A stretch of 50,454 bases of DNA from Nemertoderma westbladi (lineage: Eukaryota > Animalia > Xenacoelomorpha). This document shows positions 15,001 through 28,600 of the stretch, piece by piece (the first letter of the stretch is position 1; every line of letters starts with the position of its first letter). The notes beneath the pieces were generated by a model. The model worked only from the letters and a program-made list of their open reading frames with translations. It was not told the DNA's origin and did not search any database. The position numbers and the translations under genes are program-made. The stretch spans positions 1 to 50,454 of the forward strand of contig JAUCBJ010001789.1 of NCBI GenBank assembly GCA_032718475.1, given 5' to 3'.

Positions 15001-18000
15001 TTCCCTGAGTGTGTAAAGTCTTTCGAACGAGTTTGAAAAGGTCTGAGAAACAAACTTGATTCGGTGATTGTTGCTATAGAAACCACTCCAGCCAATTAGA
15101 ATTGTTTCCCTGAGTTTTGTAAAGTCTTTCGAACAAGTTTGAAAAGGTCTGAGAAACAAACTTGATTCGGTGATTGTTGGTATAGAAATCACTCCAGCCA
15201 ATTAGATTTGTTTCCCTGAGTTTTGTAAAGTCGTTCGAACGAGTTTGAAAAGGTCGGGGAAACAAACTTGACTCGGTGATTGTTGGTATAGAAATCACTC
15301 CAGTCAATTAGATTTGTTTCCGTGCGTTTTGTAAAGTCGTTCGAACGAGTTTGAAAAGGTCGGGGAAACAAACATGATTCGGTGATTGTTGGTATAGAAA
15401 TCACTCCAGCCTAATTAGATTTGTTTCCCTGAGTTTTATAAAGTCGTTCGAACGAGTTTGAAAAGGTCTGAGAAACAAACTTGATTCGGTGATTGTTGGT
15501 ATAGAAATCACTCCAGCCTATTAGATTTGTTTCCCTGAGTTTTGTAAAGTCGTTCGAACGAGTTTGAAAAGGTCGGGGAAACAAACTTGATTCGGTGATT
15601 GTTGCTATAGAAATCACTCCAGCCAATTAGATTTGTTTCCCTAAGTTTTGTAAACGCGTTCGAACGAGTTTGAAAAGGTCGGGGAAACAAACTTGATTCG
15701 GTGATTGTTGGTATAGAAATCACTCCAGCCAATTAGATTTGTTTCCCTGAGTTTTGTAAAGTCGTTCGAACGAGTTTGAAAAGGTCGGGGAAACAAACTT
15801 GATTCGGTGATTGTTGGTATAGAAATCACTCCAGCCAATTAGATTTGTTTCCCTGAGTTTTATAAAGTCGTTCGAACGAGTTTGAAAAGGTCGGGGAAAC
15901 AAACTTGATTCGGTGATTGTTGGTATAGAAATCACTCCAGCCAATTAGATTTGTTTCCCTGAGTTTTGTAAAGTCGTTCGAACGAGTTTGAAAAGGTAGG
16001 GAAAACAAACTTGATTCGGTGATTGTTGGTATAGAAATCACTCCAGCCAATTAGATTTGTTTCCCTGAGTTTTGTAAAGTCGTTCGAACGAGTTTGAAAA
16101 GGTCAGGGAAACAAACTTGATTCGGTGATTGTTGGTATAGAAATCACTCCAGCCAATTAGATTTGTCGGGGAAACAAACTTGATTCGGTGATTGTTGGTA
16201 TAGAAACCACTCCAGCCAATTAGATTTGTTTCCCTGAGTTTTGTAAAGTCGTTCGAACGAGTTTGAAAAGGTCGGGGAAACAAACTTGATTCGGTGATTG
16301 TTGGTATAGAAATCACTCCAGCCAATTAGATTTGTTTCCCTGAGTTTTGTAAAGTCGTTCGAACGAGTTTGAAAAGGTCGGAGAAACAAACTTGATTCGG
16401 TGATTGTTGCTATAGAAACCACTCCAGCCAATTAGAATTGTTTCCCTGAGTTTTGTAAAGTCTTTCGAACGAGTTTGAAAAGGTCTGAGAAACAAACTTG
16501 ATTCGGTGATTGTTGCTATAGAAACCACTCCAGCCAATTAGAATTGTTTCCCTGAGTTTTGTAAAGTCTTTCGAACGAGTTTGAAAAGGTCGGGGAAACA
16601 AACTTGATTCGGTGATTGTTGGTATAGAAATCACTCCAGCCAATTAGATTTGTTTCCCTGAGTTTTGTAAACGTCGTTCGAACGAGTTTGAAAAGGTCGG
16701 GGAAACAAACTTGATTCGGTGATTGTTGGTATAGAAATCACTCCAGCCAATTAGATTTGTTTCCTTGAGTTTTGTAAAGTCGTTCGAACGAGTTTGAAAA
16801 GGTCGGGGAAACAAACTTGATTCGGTGATTGTTGCTATAGAAACCACTCCAGCCAATTAGATTTGTTTCCCTGAGTTTTGTAAAGTTGTTCGAACGAGTT
16901 TGAAAAGGTAGGGAAAACAAACTTGATTCGGTGATTGTTGGTATAGAAATCACTCCAGCCAATTAGATTTGTTTCCCTGAGTTTTGTAAAGTCGTTCGAA
17001 CGAGTTTGAAAAGGTAGGGAAAACAAACTTGATTCGGTGATTGTTGGTATAGAAATCACTCCAGCCAATTAGATTTGTTTCCCTGAGTTTTGTAAAGTCG
17101 TTCGAACGAGTTTGAAAAGGTCAGGGAAACAAAAACTTGATTCGGTGATTGTTGGTATAGAAATCACTCCAGCCAATTAGATTTGTTTCCCTGAGTTTTG
17201 TAAAGTCGTTCGAACGAGTTTGAAAAGGTAGGGAAAACAAACTTGATTCGGTGATTGTTGGTATAGAAATCACTCCAGCCAATTAGATTTGTTTCCCTGA
17301 GTTTTGTAAAGTCTTTCGAACGAGTTTGAAAAGGTCTGAGAAACAAACTTGATTCGGTGATTGTTGCTATAGAAACCACTCCAGCCAATTAGAATTGTTT
17401 CCCTGAGTTTTGTAAAGTCTTTCGAACGAGTTTGAAAAGGTCTGAGAAACAAACTTGATTCGGTGATTGTTGCTATAGAAACCACTCCAGCCAATTAGAT
17501 TTGTTTCCCTGAGTTTTGTAAAGTTGTTCGAACGAGTTTGAAAAGGTAGGGAAAACAAACTTGATTCGGTGATTGTTGGTATAGAAATCACTCCAGCCAA
17601 TTAGATTTGTTTCCCTGAGTTTTGTAAAGTCGTTCGAACGAGTTTGAAAAGGTAGGGAAAACAAACTTGATTCGGTGATTGTTGGTATAGAAATCACTCC
17701 AGCCAATTAGATTTGTTTCCCTGAGTTTTGTAAAGTCGTTCGAACGAGTTTGAAAAGGTCAGGGAAACAAAAACTTGATTCGGTGATTGTTGGTATAGAA
17801 ATCACTCCAGCCAATTAGATTTGTTTCCCTGAGTTTTGTAAAGTCGTTCGAACGAGTTTGAAAAGGTAGGGAAAACAAACTTGATTCGGTGATTGTTGGT
17901 ATAGAAATCACTCCAGCCAATTAGATTTGTTTCCCTGAGTTTTGTAAAGTCGTTCGAACGAGTTTGAAAAGGTCAGGGAAACAAAAACTTGATTCGGTGA

Positions 18001-21000
18001 TTGTTGGTATAGAAATCACTCCAGCCAATTAGATTTGTTTCCCTGAGTTTTGTAAAGTCGTTCGAACGAGTTTGAAAAGGTCGGGAAAACAAACTTGATT
18101 CGGTGATTGTTGCTATAGAAACCACTCCAGCCAATTAGAATTGTTTCCCTGAGTTTTGTAAAGTCTTTCGAACGAGTTTGAAAAGGTCTGAGAAACAAAC
18201 TTGATTCGGTGATTGTTGCTATAGAAACCACTCCAGCCAATTAGAATTGTTTCCCTGAGTTTTGTAAAGTCTTTCGAACGAGTTTGAAAAGGTCTGAGAA
18301 ACAAACATGATTCGGTGATTGTTGGTATAGAAATCACTCCAGCCAATTAGATTTGTTTCCCTGAGTTTTGTAAAGTCTTTCGAACGAGTTTGAAAAGGTC
18401 TGAGAAACAAACTTGATTCGGTGATTGTTGCTATAGAAACCACTCCAGCCAATTAGAATTGTTTCCCTGAGTTTTGTAAAGTCTCTCGAACGAGTTTGAA
18501 AAGGTCTGAGAAACAAACTTGATTCGGTGATTGTTGCTATAGAAACCACTCCAGCCAATTAGATTTGTTTACTTGAGTTTTGTAAAGTCTTTCGAACGAG
18601 TTTGAAAAGGTCTGAGAAACAAACTTGATTCGGTGATTGTTGCTATAGAAACCACTCCAGCCAATTAGAATTGTTTCCCTGAGTGTGTAAAGTCTTTCGA
18701 ACGAGTTTGAAAAGGTCTGAGAAACAAACTTGATTCGGTGATTGTTGCTATAGAAACCACTCCAGCCAATTAGAATTGTTTCCCTGAGTTTTGTAAAGTC
18801 TTTCGAACAAGTTTGAAAAGGTCTGAGAAACAAACTTGATTCGGTGATTGTTGCTATAGAAACCACTCCAGCCAATTAGATTTGTTTCCCTGAGTTTTGT
18901 AAAGTCGTTCAAACGAGTTTGAAAAGATCGGGGAAACAAACTTGATTCGGTGATTGTTGCTATAGAAATCACTCCAGCCAATTAGATTTATTTACTTGAG
19001 TTTTGTAAACTCTTTCGAACGAGTTTGAAAAGGTCTGAGAAACAAACTTGATTCGGTGATTGTTGCTATAGAAACCACTCCAGCCAATTAGAATTGTTTC
19101 CCTGAGTTTTATAAAGTCTTTCGAACGAGTTTGAAAAGGTCTGAGAAACAAACTTGAATCGGTGATTGTTGGTATAGAAATCACTCCAGCCAATTAGATT
19201 TGTTTCCCTGAGTTTTGTAAAGTCGTTCGAACGAGTTTGAAAAGGTCTGAGAAACAAACTTGATTCGGTGATTGTTGGTATAGAAATCACTCAAGCCAAT
19301 TAGATTTGTTTCCCTGAGTTTTGTAAAGTCGTTCAAACGAGTTTGAAAAGGTCGGGGAAACAAACTTGATTCGGTGATTGTTGGTATAGAAATCACTCCA
19401 GCCAATTAGATTTGTTTCCCTGAGTTTTATAAAGTCGTTCGAACGAGTTTGAAAAGGTCGGGGAAACATAACTTGATTCGGTGATTGTTGGTATAGAAAT
19501 CACTCCAGCCAATTAGATTTGTTTCCCTGAGTTTTGTAAAGTCGTTCGAACGAGTTTGAAAAGGTCAGGGAAACAAAAACTTGATTCGGTGATTGTTGGT
19601 ATAGAAATCACTCCAGCCAATTAGATTTGTCGGGGAAACAAACTTGATTCGGTGATTGTTGGTATAGAAATCACTCCAGCCAATTAGATTTGTTTCCCTG
19701 AGTTTTGTAAAGTCTTTCGAACGAGTTTGAAAAGGTCTGAGAAACAAACTTGATTCGGTGATTGTTGCTATAGAAACCACTCCAGCCAATTAGATTTGTT
19801 TACTTGAGTTTTGTAAAGTCTTTCGAACGAGTTTGAAAAGGTCTGAGAAACAAACTTGATTCGGTGATTGTTGCTATAGAAATCACTCCAGCCAATTAGA
19901 ATTGTTTCCCTGAGTTTTGTAAAGTCTTTCGAACGAGTTTGAAAAGGTCTGAGAAACAAACTTGATTCGGTGATTGTTGCTATAGAAACCACTCCAGCCA
20001 ATTAGAATTGTTTCCCTGCGTTTTGTAAAGTCTTTCGAACAAGTTTGAAAAGGTCTGAGAAACAAACTTGATTCGGTGATTGTTGCTATAGAAACCACTC
20101 CAGCCAATTAGATTTGTTTCCCTGAGTTTTGTAAAGTCGTTCAAACGAGTTTGAAAAGATCGGGGAAACAAACTTGATTCGGTGATTGTTGCTATAGAAA
20201 TCACTCCAGCCAATTAGATTTATTTACTTGAGTTTTGTAAAGTCTTTCGAACGAGTTTGAAAAGGTCTGAGAAACAAACTTGATTCGGTGATTGTTGCTA
20301 TAGAAACCACTCCAGCCAATTAGAATTGTTTCCCTGAGTTTTATAAAGTCTTTCGAACGAGTTTGAAAAGGTCTGAGAAACAAACTTGAATCGGTGATTG
20401 TTGGTATAGAAATCACTCCAGCCAATTAGATTTGTTTCCCTGAGTTTTGTACAGTCGTTCGAACGAGTTTGAAAAGGTCTGAGAAACAAACTTGATTCGG
20501 TGATTGTTGGTATAGAAATCACTCAAGCCAATTAGATTTGTTTCCCTGAGTTTTGTAAAGTCGTTCAAACGAGTTTGAAAAGGTCGGGGAAACAAACTTG
20601 ATTCGGTGATTGTTGGTATAGAAATCACTCCAGCCAATTAGATTTGTTTCCCTGAGTTTTGTAAAGTCGTTCGAACGAGTTTGAAAAGGTCTGAGAAACA
20701 AACTTGATTCGGTGATTGTTGGTATAGAAATCACTCCAGCCAATTAGATTTGTTTCCCTGAGTTTTGTAAAGTCGTTCGAACGAGTTTGAAAAGGTCTGA
20801 GAAACAAACTTGATTCGGTGATTGTTAGTATAGAAATCACTCAAGCCAATTAGATTTGTTTCCCTGAGTTTTGTAAAGTCGTTCAAACGAGTTTGAAGAG
20901 GTCGGGGAAACAAACTTGATTCGGTGATTGTTGCTATAGAAATCACTCCAGCCAATTAGAATTGTTTACTTGAGTTTTGTACAGTCGTTCGAACGAGTTT

Positions 21001-22045
21001 GAAAAGGTCTGAGAAACAAACTTGATTCGGTGATTGTTGGTATAGAAATCACTCAAGCCAATTAGATTTGTTTCCCTGAGTTTTGTAAAGTCGTTCAAAC
21101 GAGTTTGAAAAGGTCGGGGAAACAAACTTGATTCGGTGATTGTTGGTATAGAAATCACTCCAGCCAATTAGATTTGTTTCCCTGAGTTTTGTAAAGTCGT
21201 TCGAACGAGTTTGAAAAGGTCTGAGAAACAAACTTGATTCGGTGATTGTTGGTATAGAAATCACTCCAGCCAATTAGATTTGTTTCCCTGAGTTTTGTAA
21301 AGTCGTTCGAACGAGTTTGAAAAGGTCTGAGAAACAAACTTGATTCGGTGATTGTTAGTATAGAAATCACTCAAGCCAATTAGATTTGTTTCCCTGAGTT
21401 TTGTAAAGTCGTTCAAACGAGTTTGAAGAGGTCGGGGAAACAAACTTGATTCGGTGATTGTTGCTATAGAAATCACTCCAGCCAATTAGATTTGTTTCCC
21501 TGAGTTTTGTAAAGTCGTTCGAACGAGTTTGAAAAGGTCTGAGAAACAAACTTGATTCGGTGATTGTTGGTATAGAAATCACTCCAGCCAATTAGATTTG
21601 TTTCCCTGAGTTTTGTAAAGTCGTTCGAACGAGTTTGAAAAGGTCTGAGAAACAAACTTGATTCGGTGATTGTTAGTATAGAAATCACTCCAGCCAATTA
21701 GATTTGTTTCCCTGAGTTTTATAAAGTCGTTCGAACGAGTTTGAAAAGGTCGGGGAAACAAACTTGATTCGGTGATTGTTGGTATAGAAATCACTCCAGC
21801 CAATTAGATTTGTTTCCCTGAGTTTTGTAAAGTCGTTCAAACGAGTTTGAAAAGGTCGGGGAAACAAACTTGATTCGGTGATTGTTGGTATAGAAATCAC
21901 TCCAGCCAATTAGATTTGTTTCCCTGAGTTTTGTAAAGTCGTTCAAACGAGTTTGAAAAGGTCGGGGAAACAAACTTGATTCGGTGATTGTTGGTATAGA
22001 AATCACTCCAGACAATTAGATTTGTTTCCCTGAATTTTGTAAAGT

Positions 22046-22204
22046 TTTCAACTCGTGAAGTGAAAAGTTTTCACAATAGAGACTTACAGAACATTATTAA
22101 TTGAATTGTTGTGAAATAAAATCCAGTATGTTATTAAACCAACAACAACATAGTTGTTACAGGCCACCCACCTATTTACAGAACAGAAGTTGCTAAGATC
22201 GGCA
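22046..22204 (+). repeat. Non-satellite 159-bp insert, copy 1 (duplicate of flank 29815-29970)
   Basis: TTTCAACTCGTGAAGTG...GCTAAGATCGGCA matches the unique flank except for 3 extra bp (GTATGTTATTAAACC vs GTATGTTAAACC). Confidence 0.97.
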
Positions 22205-23578
22205 ACGAGTTTGAAAAGGTCGGGGAAACAAACTTGATTCGGTGATTGTTGGTATAGAAATCACTCCAGCCAATTAGATTTGTTTCCCTGAGTTTTATAA
22301 AGTCGTTCGAACGAGTTTGAAAAGGTCGGGGAAACAAACTTGATTCGGTGATTTTTGGTATAGAAATCACTCCAGCCTAATTATATTTGTTTCCCTAAGT
22401 TTTGTAAACGCGTTCGAACGAGTTTGAAAAGGTCGGGGAAACAAACTTGATTCGGTGATTGTTGGTATAGAAATCACTCCAGCCAATTAGATTTGTTTCC
22501 CTGAGTTTTATAAAGTCGTTCGAACGAGTTTGAAAAGGTCGGGGAAACAAACTTGATTCGGTGATTGTTGGTATAGAAATCACTCCAGCCAATTAGATTT
22601 GTTTCCCTGAGTTTTATAAAGTCGTTCGAACGAGTTTGAAAAGGTCGGGGAAACAAACTTGATTCGGTGATTGTTGGTATAGAAATCACTCCAGCCAATT
22701 AGATTTGTTTCCCTGAGTTTTATAAAGTCGTTCGAACGAGTTTGAAAGGGTCGGGGAAACATAACTTGATTCGGTGATTGTTGGTATAGAAATCACTCCA
22801 GCCAATTAGATTTGTTTCCCTGAGTTTTGTAAAGTCGTTCAAACGAGTTTGAAAAGGTCGGGGAAACAAACTTGATTCGGTGATTGTTGGTATAGAAATC
22901 ACTCCAGCCAATTAGATTTGTTTCCCTGAGTTTTGTAAAGTCGTTCAAACGAGTTTGAAAAGGTCAGGGAAACAAACTTGATTCGGTGATAGTTGGTATA
23001 GAAATCACTCCAGCCAATTAGATTTGTTTCCCTGAGTTTTGTAAAGTCGTTCAAACGAGTTTGAAAAGGTCGGGGAAACAAACTTGATTCGGTGATTGTT
23101 GGTATAGAAATCACTCCAGCCAATTAGATTTGTTTACTTGAGTTTTGTATAGTCTTTCGAACGAGTTTGAAAAGGTCTGAGAAACAAACTTGATTCGGTG
23201 ATTGTTGGTATAGAAATCACTCCAGCCAATTAGATTTGTTTCCCTGAGTTTTATAAAGTCGTTCGAACGAGTTTGAAAAGGTCGGGGAAACATAACTTGA
23301 TTCGGTGATTGTTGGTATAGAAATCACTCCAGCCAATTAGATTTGTTTCCCTGAGTTTTGTAAAGTCGTTCAAACGAGTTTGAAAAGGTCGGGGAAACAA
23401 ACTTGATTCGGTGATTGTTGGTATAGAAATCACTCCAGCCAATTAGATTTGTTTCCCTGAGTTTTGTAAAGTCGTTCAAACGAGTTTGAAAAGGTCGGGG
23501 AAACAAACTTGATTCGGTGATTGTTGGTATAGAAATCACTCCAGCCAATTAGATTTGTTTCCCTGAATTTTGTAAAGT

Positions 23579-23737
23579 TTTCAACTCGTGAAGTGAAAAG
23601 TTTTCACAATAGAGACTTACAGAACATTATTAATTGAATTGTTGTGAAATAAAATCCAGTATGTTATTAAACCAACAACAACATAGTTGTTACAGGCCAC
23701 CCACCTATTTACAGAACAGAAGTTGCTAAGATCGGCA
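23579..23737 (+). repeat. Non-satellite 159-bp insert, copy 2
   Basis: Same sequence and junctions as copy 1, offset 1533 bp. Confidence 0.97.
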
Positions 23738-25536
23738 ACGAGTTTGAAAAGGTCGGGGAAACAAACTTGATTCGGTGATTGTTGGTATAGAAATCACTCC
23801 AGCCAATTAGATTTGTTTCCCTGAGTTTTATAAAGTCGTTCGAACGAGTTTGAAAAGGTCGGGGAAACAAACTTGATTCGGTGATTTTTGGTATAGAAAT
23901 CACTCCAGCCTAATTAGATTTGTTTCCCTAAGTTTTGTAAACGCGTTCGAACGAGTTTGAAAAGGTCGGGGAAACAAACTTGATTCGGTGATTGTTGGTA
24001 TAGAAATCACTCCAGCCAATTAGATTTGTTTCCCTGAGTTTTATAAAGTCGTTCGAACGAGTTTGAAAAGGTCGGGGAAACAAACTTGATTCGGTGATTG
24101 TTGGTATAGAAATCACTCCAGTCAATTAGATTTGTTTCCCTGAGTTTTATAAAGTCGTTCGAACGAGTTTGAAAGGGTCGGGGAAACATAACTTGATTCG
24201 GTGATTGTTGGTATAGAAATCACTCCAGCCAATTAGATTTGTTTCCCTGAGTTTTGTAAAGTCGTTCAAACGAGTTTGAAAAGGTCGGGGAAACAAACTT
24301 GATTCGGTGATTGTTGGTATAGAAATCACTCCAGCCAATTAGATTTGTTTCCCTGAGTTTTGTAAAGTCGTTCAAACGAGTTTGAAAAGGTCAGGGAAAC
24401 AAACTTGATTCGGTGATTGTTGGTATAGAAATCACTCCAGCCTAATTAGATTTGTTTCCCTGAGTTTTGTAAAGTCGTTCAAACGAGTTTGAAAAAGTCG
24501 GGGAAACAAACTTGATTCGGTGATTGTTGGTATAGAAATCACTCCAGCCAATTAGATTTGTTTCCCTGAGTTTTGTAAAGTCGTTCAAACGAGTTTGAAA
24601 AGGTCGGGGAAACAAACTTGATTCGGTGATTGTTGGTATAGAAATCACTCCAGCCAATTAGATTTGTTTCCCTGAGTTTTGTAAAGTCGTTCAAACGAGT
24701 TTGAAAAGGTCGGGGAAACAAACTTGATTCGGTGATTGTTGGTATAGAAATCACTCCAGCCAATTAGATTTGTTTCCCTGAGTTTTATAAAGTCGTTCTA
24801 ACGAGTTTGAAAAGGTCGGGGAAACAAACTTGATTCGGTGATTGTTGGTATAGAAATCACTCCAGCCAATTAGATTTGTTTCCCTGAGTTTTGTAAAGTC
24901 GTTCAAACGAGTTTGAAAAGGTCTGAGAAACAAACTTGATTCGGTGATTGTTGGTATAGAAATCACTCCAGCCAATTAGATTTGTTTCCCTGAGTTTTGT
25001 AAAGTCGTTCAAACGAGTTTGAAAAGGTCTGAGAAACAAACTTGATTCGGTGATTGTTGGTATAGAAATCACTCCAGCCAATTAGATTTGTTTCCCTGAG
25101 TTTTGTAAAGTCGTTCAAACGAGTTTGAAAAGGTCGGGGAAACAAACTTGATTCGGTGATTGTTGGTATAGAAATCACTCCAGCCAATTAGATTTGTTTC
25201 CCTGAGTTTTGTAAAGTCGTTCAAACGAGTTTGAAAAGGTCTGAGAAACAAACTTGATTCGGTGATTGTTGGTATAGAAATCACTCCAGCCAATTAGATT
25301 TGTTTCCCTGAGTTTTATAAAGTCGTTCTAACGAGTTTGAAAAGGTCGGGGAAACATAACTTGATTCGGTGATTGTTGGTATAGAAATCACTCCAGCCAA
25401 TTAGATTTGTTTCCCTGAGTTTTATAAAGTCGTTCTAACGAGTTTGAAAAGGTCGGGGAAACAAACTTGATTCGGTGATTGTTGGTATAGAAATCACTCC
25501 AGCCAATTAGATTTGTTTCCCTGAATTTTGTAAAGT

Positions 25537-25695
25537 TTTCAACTCGTGAAGTGAAAAGTTTTCACAATAGAGACTTACAGAACATTATTAATTGAATTGT
25601 TGTGAAATAAAATCCAGTATGTTATTAAACCAACAACAACATAGTTGTTACAGGCCACCCACCTATTTACAGAACAGAAGTTGCTAAGATCGGCA
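25537..25695 (+). repeat. Non-satellite 159-bp insert, copy 3
   Basis: Same sequence and junctions as copy 1, offset 3491 bp. Confidence 0.97.
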
Positions 25696-28600
25696 ACGAG
25701 TTTGAAAAGGTCGGGGAAACAAACTTGATTCGGTGATTGTTGGTATAGAAATCACTCCAGCCAATTAGATTTGTTTCCCTGAGTTTTATAAAGTCGTTCG
25801 AACGAGTTTGAAAAGGTCGGGGAAACAAACTTGATTCGGTGATTTTTGGTATAGAAATCACTCCAGCCTAATTAGATTTGTTTCCCTAAGTTTTGTAAAC
25901 GCGTTCGAACGAGTTTGAAAAGGTCGGGGAAACAAACTTGATTCGGTGATTGTTGGTATAGAAATCACTCCAGCCAATTAGATTTGTTTCCCTGAGTTTT
26001 ATAAAGTCGTTCGAACGAGTTTGAAAAGGTCGGGGAAACAAACTTGATTCGGTGATTGTTGGTATAGAAATCACTCCAGCCAATTCGATTTGTTTCCCTG
26101 AGTTTTATAAAGTCGTTCGAACGAGTTTGAAAAGGTCGGGGAAACAAACATGATTCGGTGATTGTTGGTATAGAAATCACTCCAGCCAATTAGATTTGTT
26201 TCCCTGAGTTTTATAAAGTCGTTCGAACGAGTTTGAAAAGGTCGGGGAAACAAACTTGATTCGGTGATTGTTGGTATAGAAATCACTCCAGCCAATTAGA
26301 TTTGTTTCCCTGAGTTTTATAAAGTCGTTCGAACGAGTTTGAAAAGGTCGGGGAAACAAACATGATTCGGTGATTGTTGGTATAGAAATCACTCCAGCCA
26401 ATTAGATTTGTTTCCCTGAGTTTTATAAAGTCGTTCGAACGAGTTTGAAAAGGTCGGGGAAACAAACTTGATTCGGTGATTTTTGGTATAGAAATCACTC
26501 CAGCCTAATTCGATTTGTTTCCCTAAGTTTTGTAAACGCGTTCGAACGAGTTTGAAAAGGTCGGGGAAACAAACTTGATTCGGTGATTGTTGGTATAGAA
26601 ATCACTCCAGCCAATTAGATTTGTTTCCCTGAGTTTTATAAAGTCGTTCGAACGAGTTTGAAAAGGTCGGGGAAACAAACTTGATTCGGTGATTGTTGGT
26701 ATAGAAATCACTCCAGCCAATTAGATTTGTTTCCCTGAGTTTTATAAAGTCGTTCGAACGAGTTTGAAAAGGTCGGGGAAACATAACTTGATTTGGTGAT
26801 TGTTGGTATAGAAATCACTCCAGCCAATTAGATTTGTTTCCCTGAGTTTTATAAAGTCGTTCGAACGAGTTTGAAAAGGTCGGGGAAACAAACTTGATTC
26901 GGTGATTGTTGCTATAGAAATCACTCCAGCCAATTAGATTTGTTTCCCTGAGTTTTATAAAGTCGTTCGAACGAGTTTGAAAAGGTCGGGGAAACAAACT
27001 TGATTCGGTGATTGTTGCTATAGAAATCACTCCAGCCAATTAGATTTGTTTCCCTGAGTTTTATAAAGTCGTTCGAACGAGTTTGAAAAGGTCGGGGAAA
27101 CAAACTTGATTCGGTGATTGTTGCTATAGAAATCACTCCAGCCAATTAGATTTGTTTCCCTGAGTTTTATAAAGTCGTTCGAACGAGTTTGAAAAGGCCG
27201 GGGAAACAAACTTGATTCGGTGATTGTTGGTATAGAAATCACTCCAGCCAATTAGATTTGTTTCCCTAAGTTTTATAAAGTCGTTCGAACGAGTTTGAAA
27301 AGGCCGGGGAAACAAACTTGATTCGGTGATTGTTGCTATAGAAATCACTCCAGCCAATTAGATTTGTTTCCCTGAGTTTTATAAAGTCGTTCGAACGAGT
27401 TTGAAAAGGTCGGGGAAACAAACTTGATTCGGTGATTGTTGCTATAGAAATCACTCCAGCCAATTAGATTTGTTTCCCTGAGTTTTATAAAGTCGTTCGA
27501 ACGAGTTTGAAAAGGTCGGGGAAACAAACTTGATTCGGTGATTGTTGCTATAGAAATCACTCCAGCCAATTAGATTTGTTTCCCTGAGTTTTATAAAGTC
27601 GTTCGAACGAGTTTGAAAAGGTCTGAGAAACAAACTTGATTCGGTGATTGTTGCTATAGAAATCACTCCACCCAATTAGATTTGTTTCCCTGAGTTTTAT
27701 AAAGTCGTTCGAACGAGTTTGAAAAGGTCGGGGAAACAAACTTAATTCGGTGATTGTTGGTATAGAAATCACTCCAGCCAATTAGATTTGTTTCCCTGAG
27801 TTTTATAAAGTCGTTCGAACGAGTTTGAAAAGGTCGGGGAAACAAACTTGATTCGGTGATTGTTGCTATAGAAATCACTCCAGTCAATTAGATTTGTTTC
27901 CCTGAGTTTTGTAAAGTCGTTCGAACGAGTTTGAAAAGGTCGGGGAAACAAACTTGATTCGGTGATTGTTGCTATAGAAATCACTCCAGTCAATTAGATT
28001 TGTTTCCCTGAGTTTTGTAAAGTCGTTCGAACGAGTTTGAAAAGGTCGGGGAAACAAACTTGATTCGGTGATTGTTGGTATAGAAATCACTCCAGCCAAT
28101 TAGATTTTACTTGAGTTTTGTAAAGTCGTTCGAACGAGTTTGAAAAGGTCGGGGAAACAAACTTGATTCGGTGATTGTTGGTATAGAAATCACTCCAGCC
28201 AATTAGATTTTACTTGAGTTTTGTAAAGTCGTTCGAACGAGTTTGAAAAGGTCGGGGAAACAAACTTGATTCGGTGATTGTTGGTATAGAAATCACTCCA
28301 GTCAATTAGATTTGTTTCCCTGAGTTTTGTAAAGTCGTTCGAACGAGTTTGAAAAGGTCGGGGAAACAAACTTGATTCGGTGATTGTTGGTATAGAAATC
28401 ACTCCAGCCAATTAGATTTTACTTGAGTTTTGTAAAGTCGTTCGAACGAGTTTGAAAAGGTCGGGGAAACAAACTTGATTCGGTGATTGTTGGTATAGAA
28501 ATCACTCCAGTCAATTAGATTTGTTTCCCTGAGTTTTGTAAAGTCGTTCGAACGAGTTTGAAAAGGTCGGGGAAACAAACTTGATTCGGTGATTGTTGGT

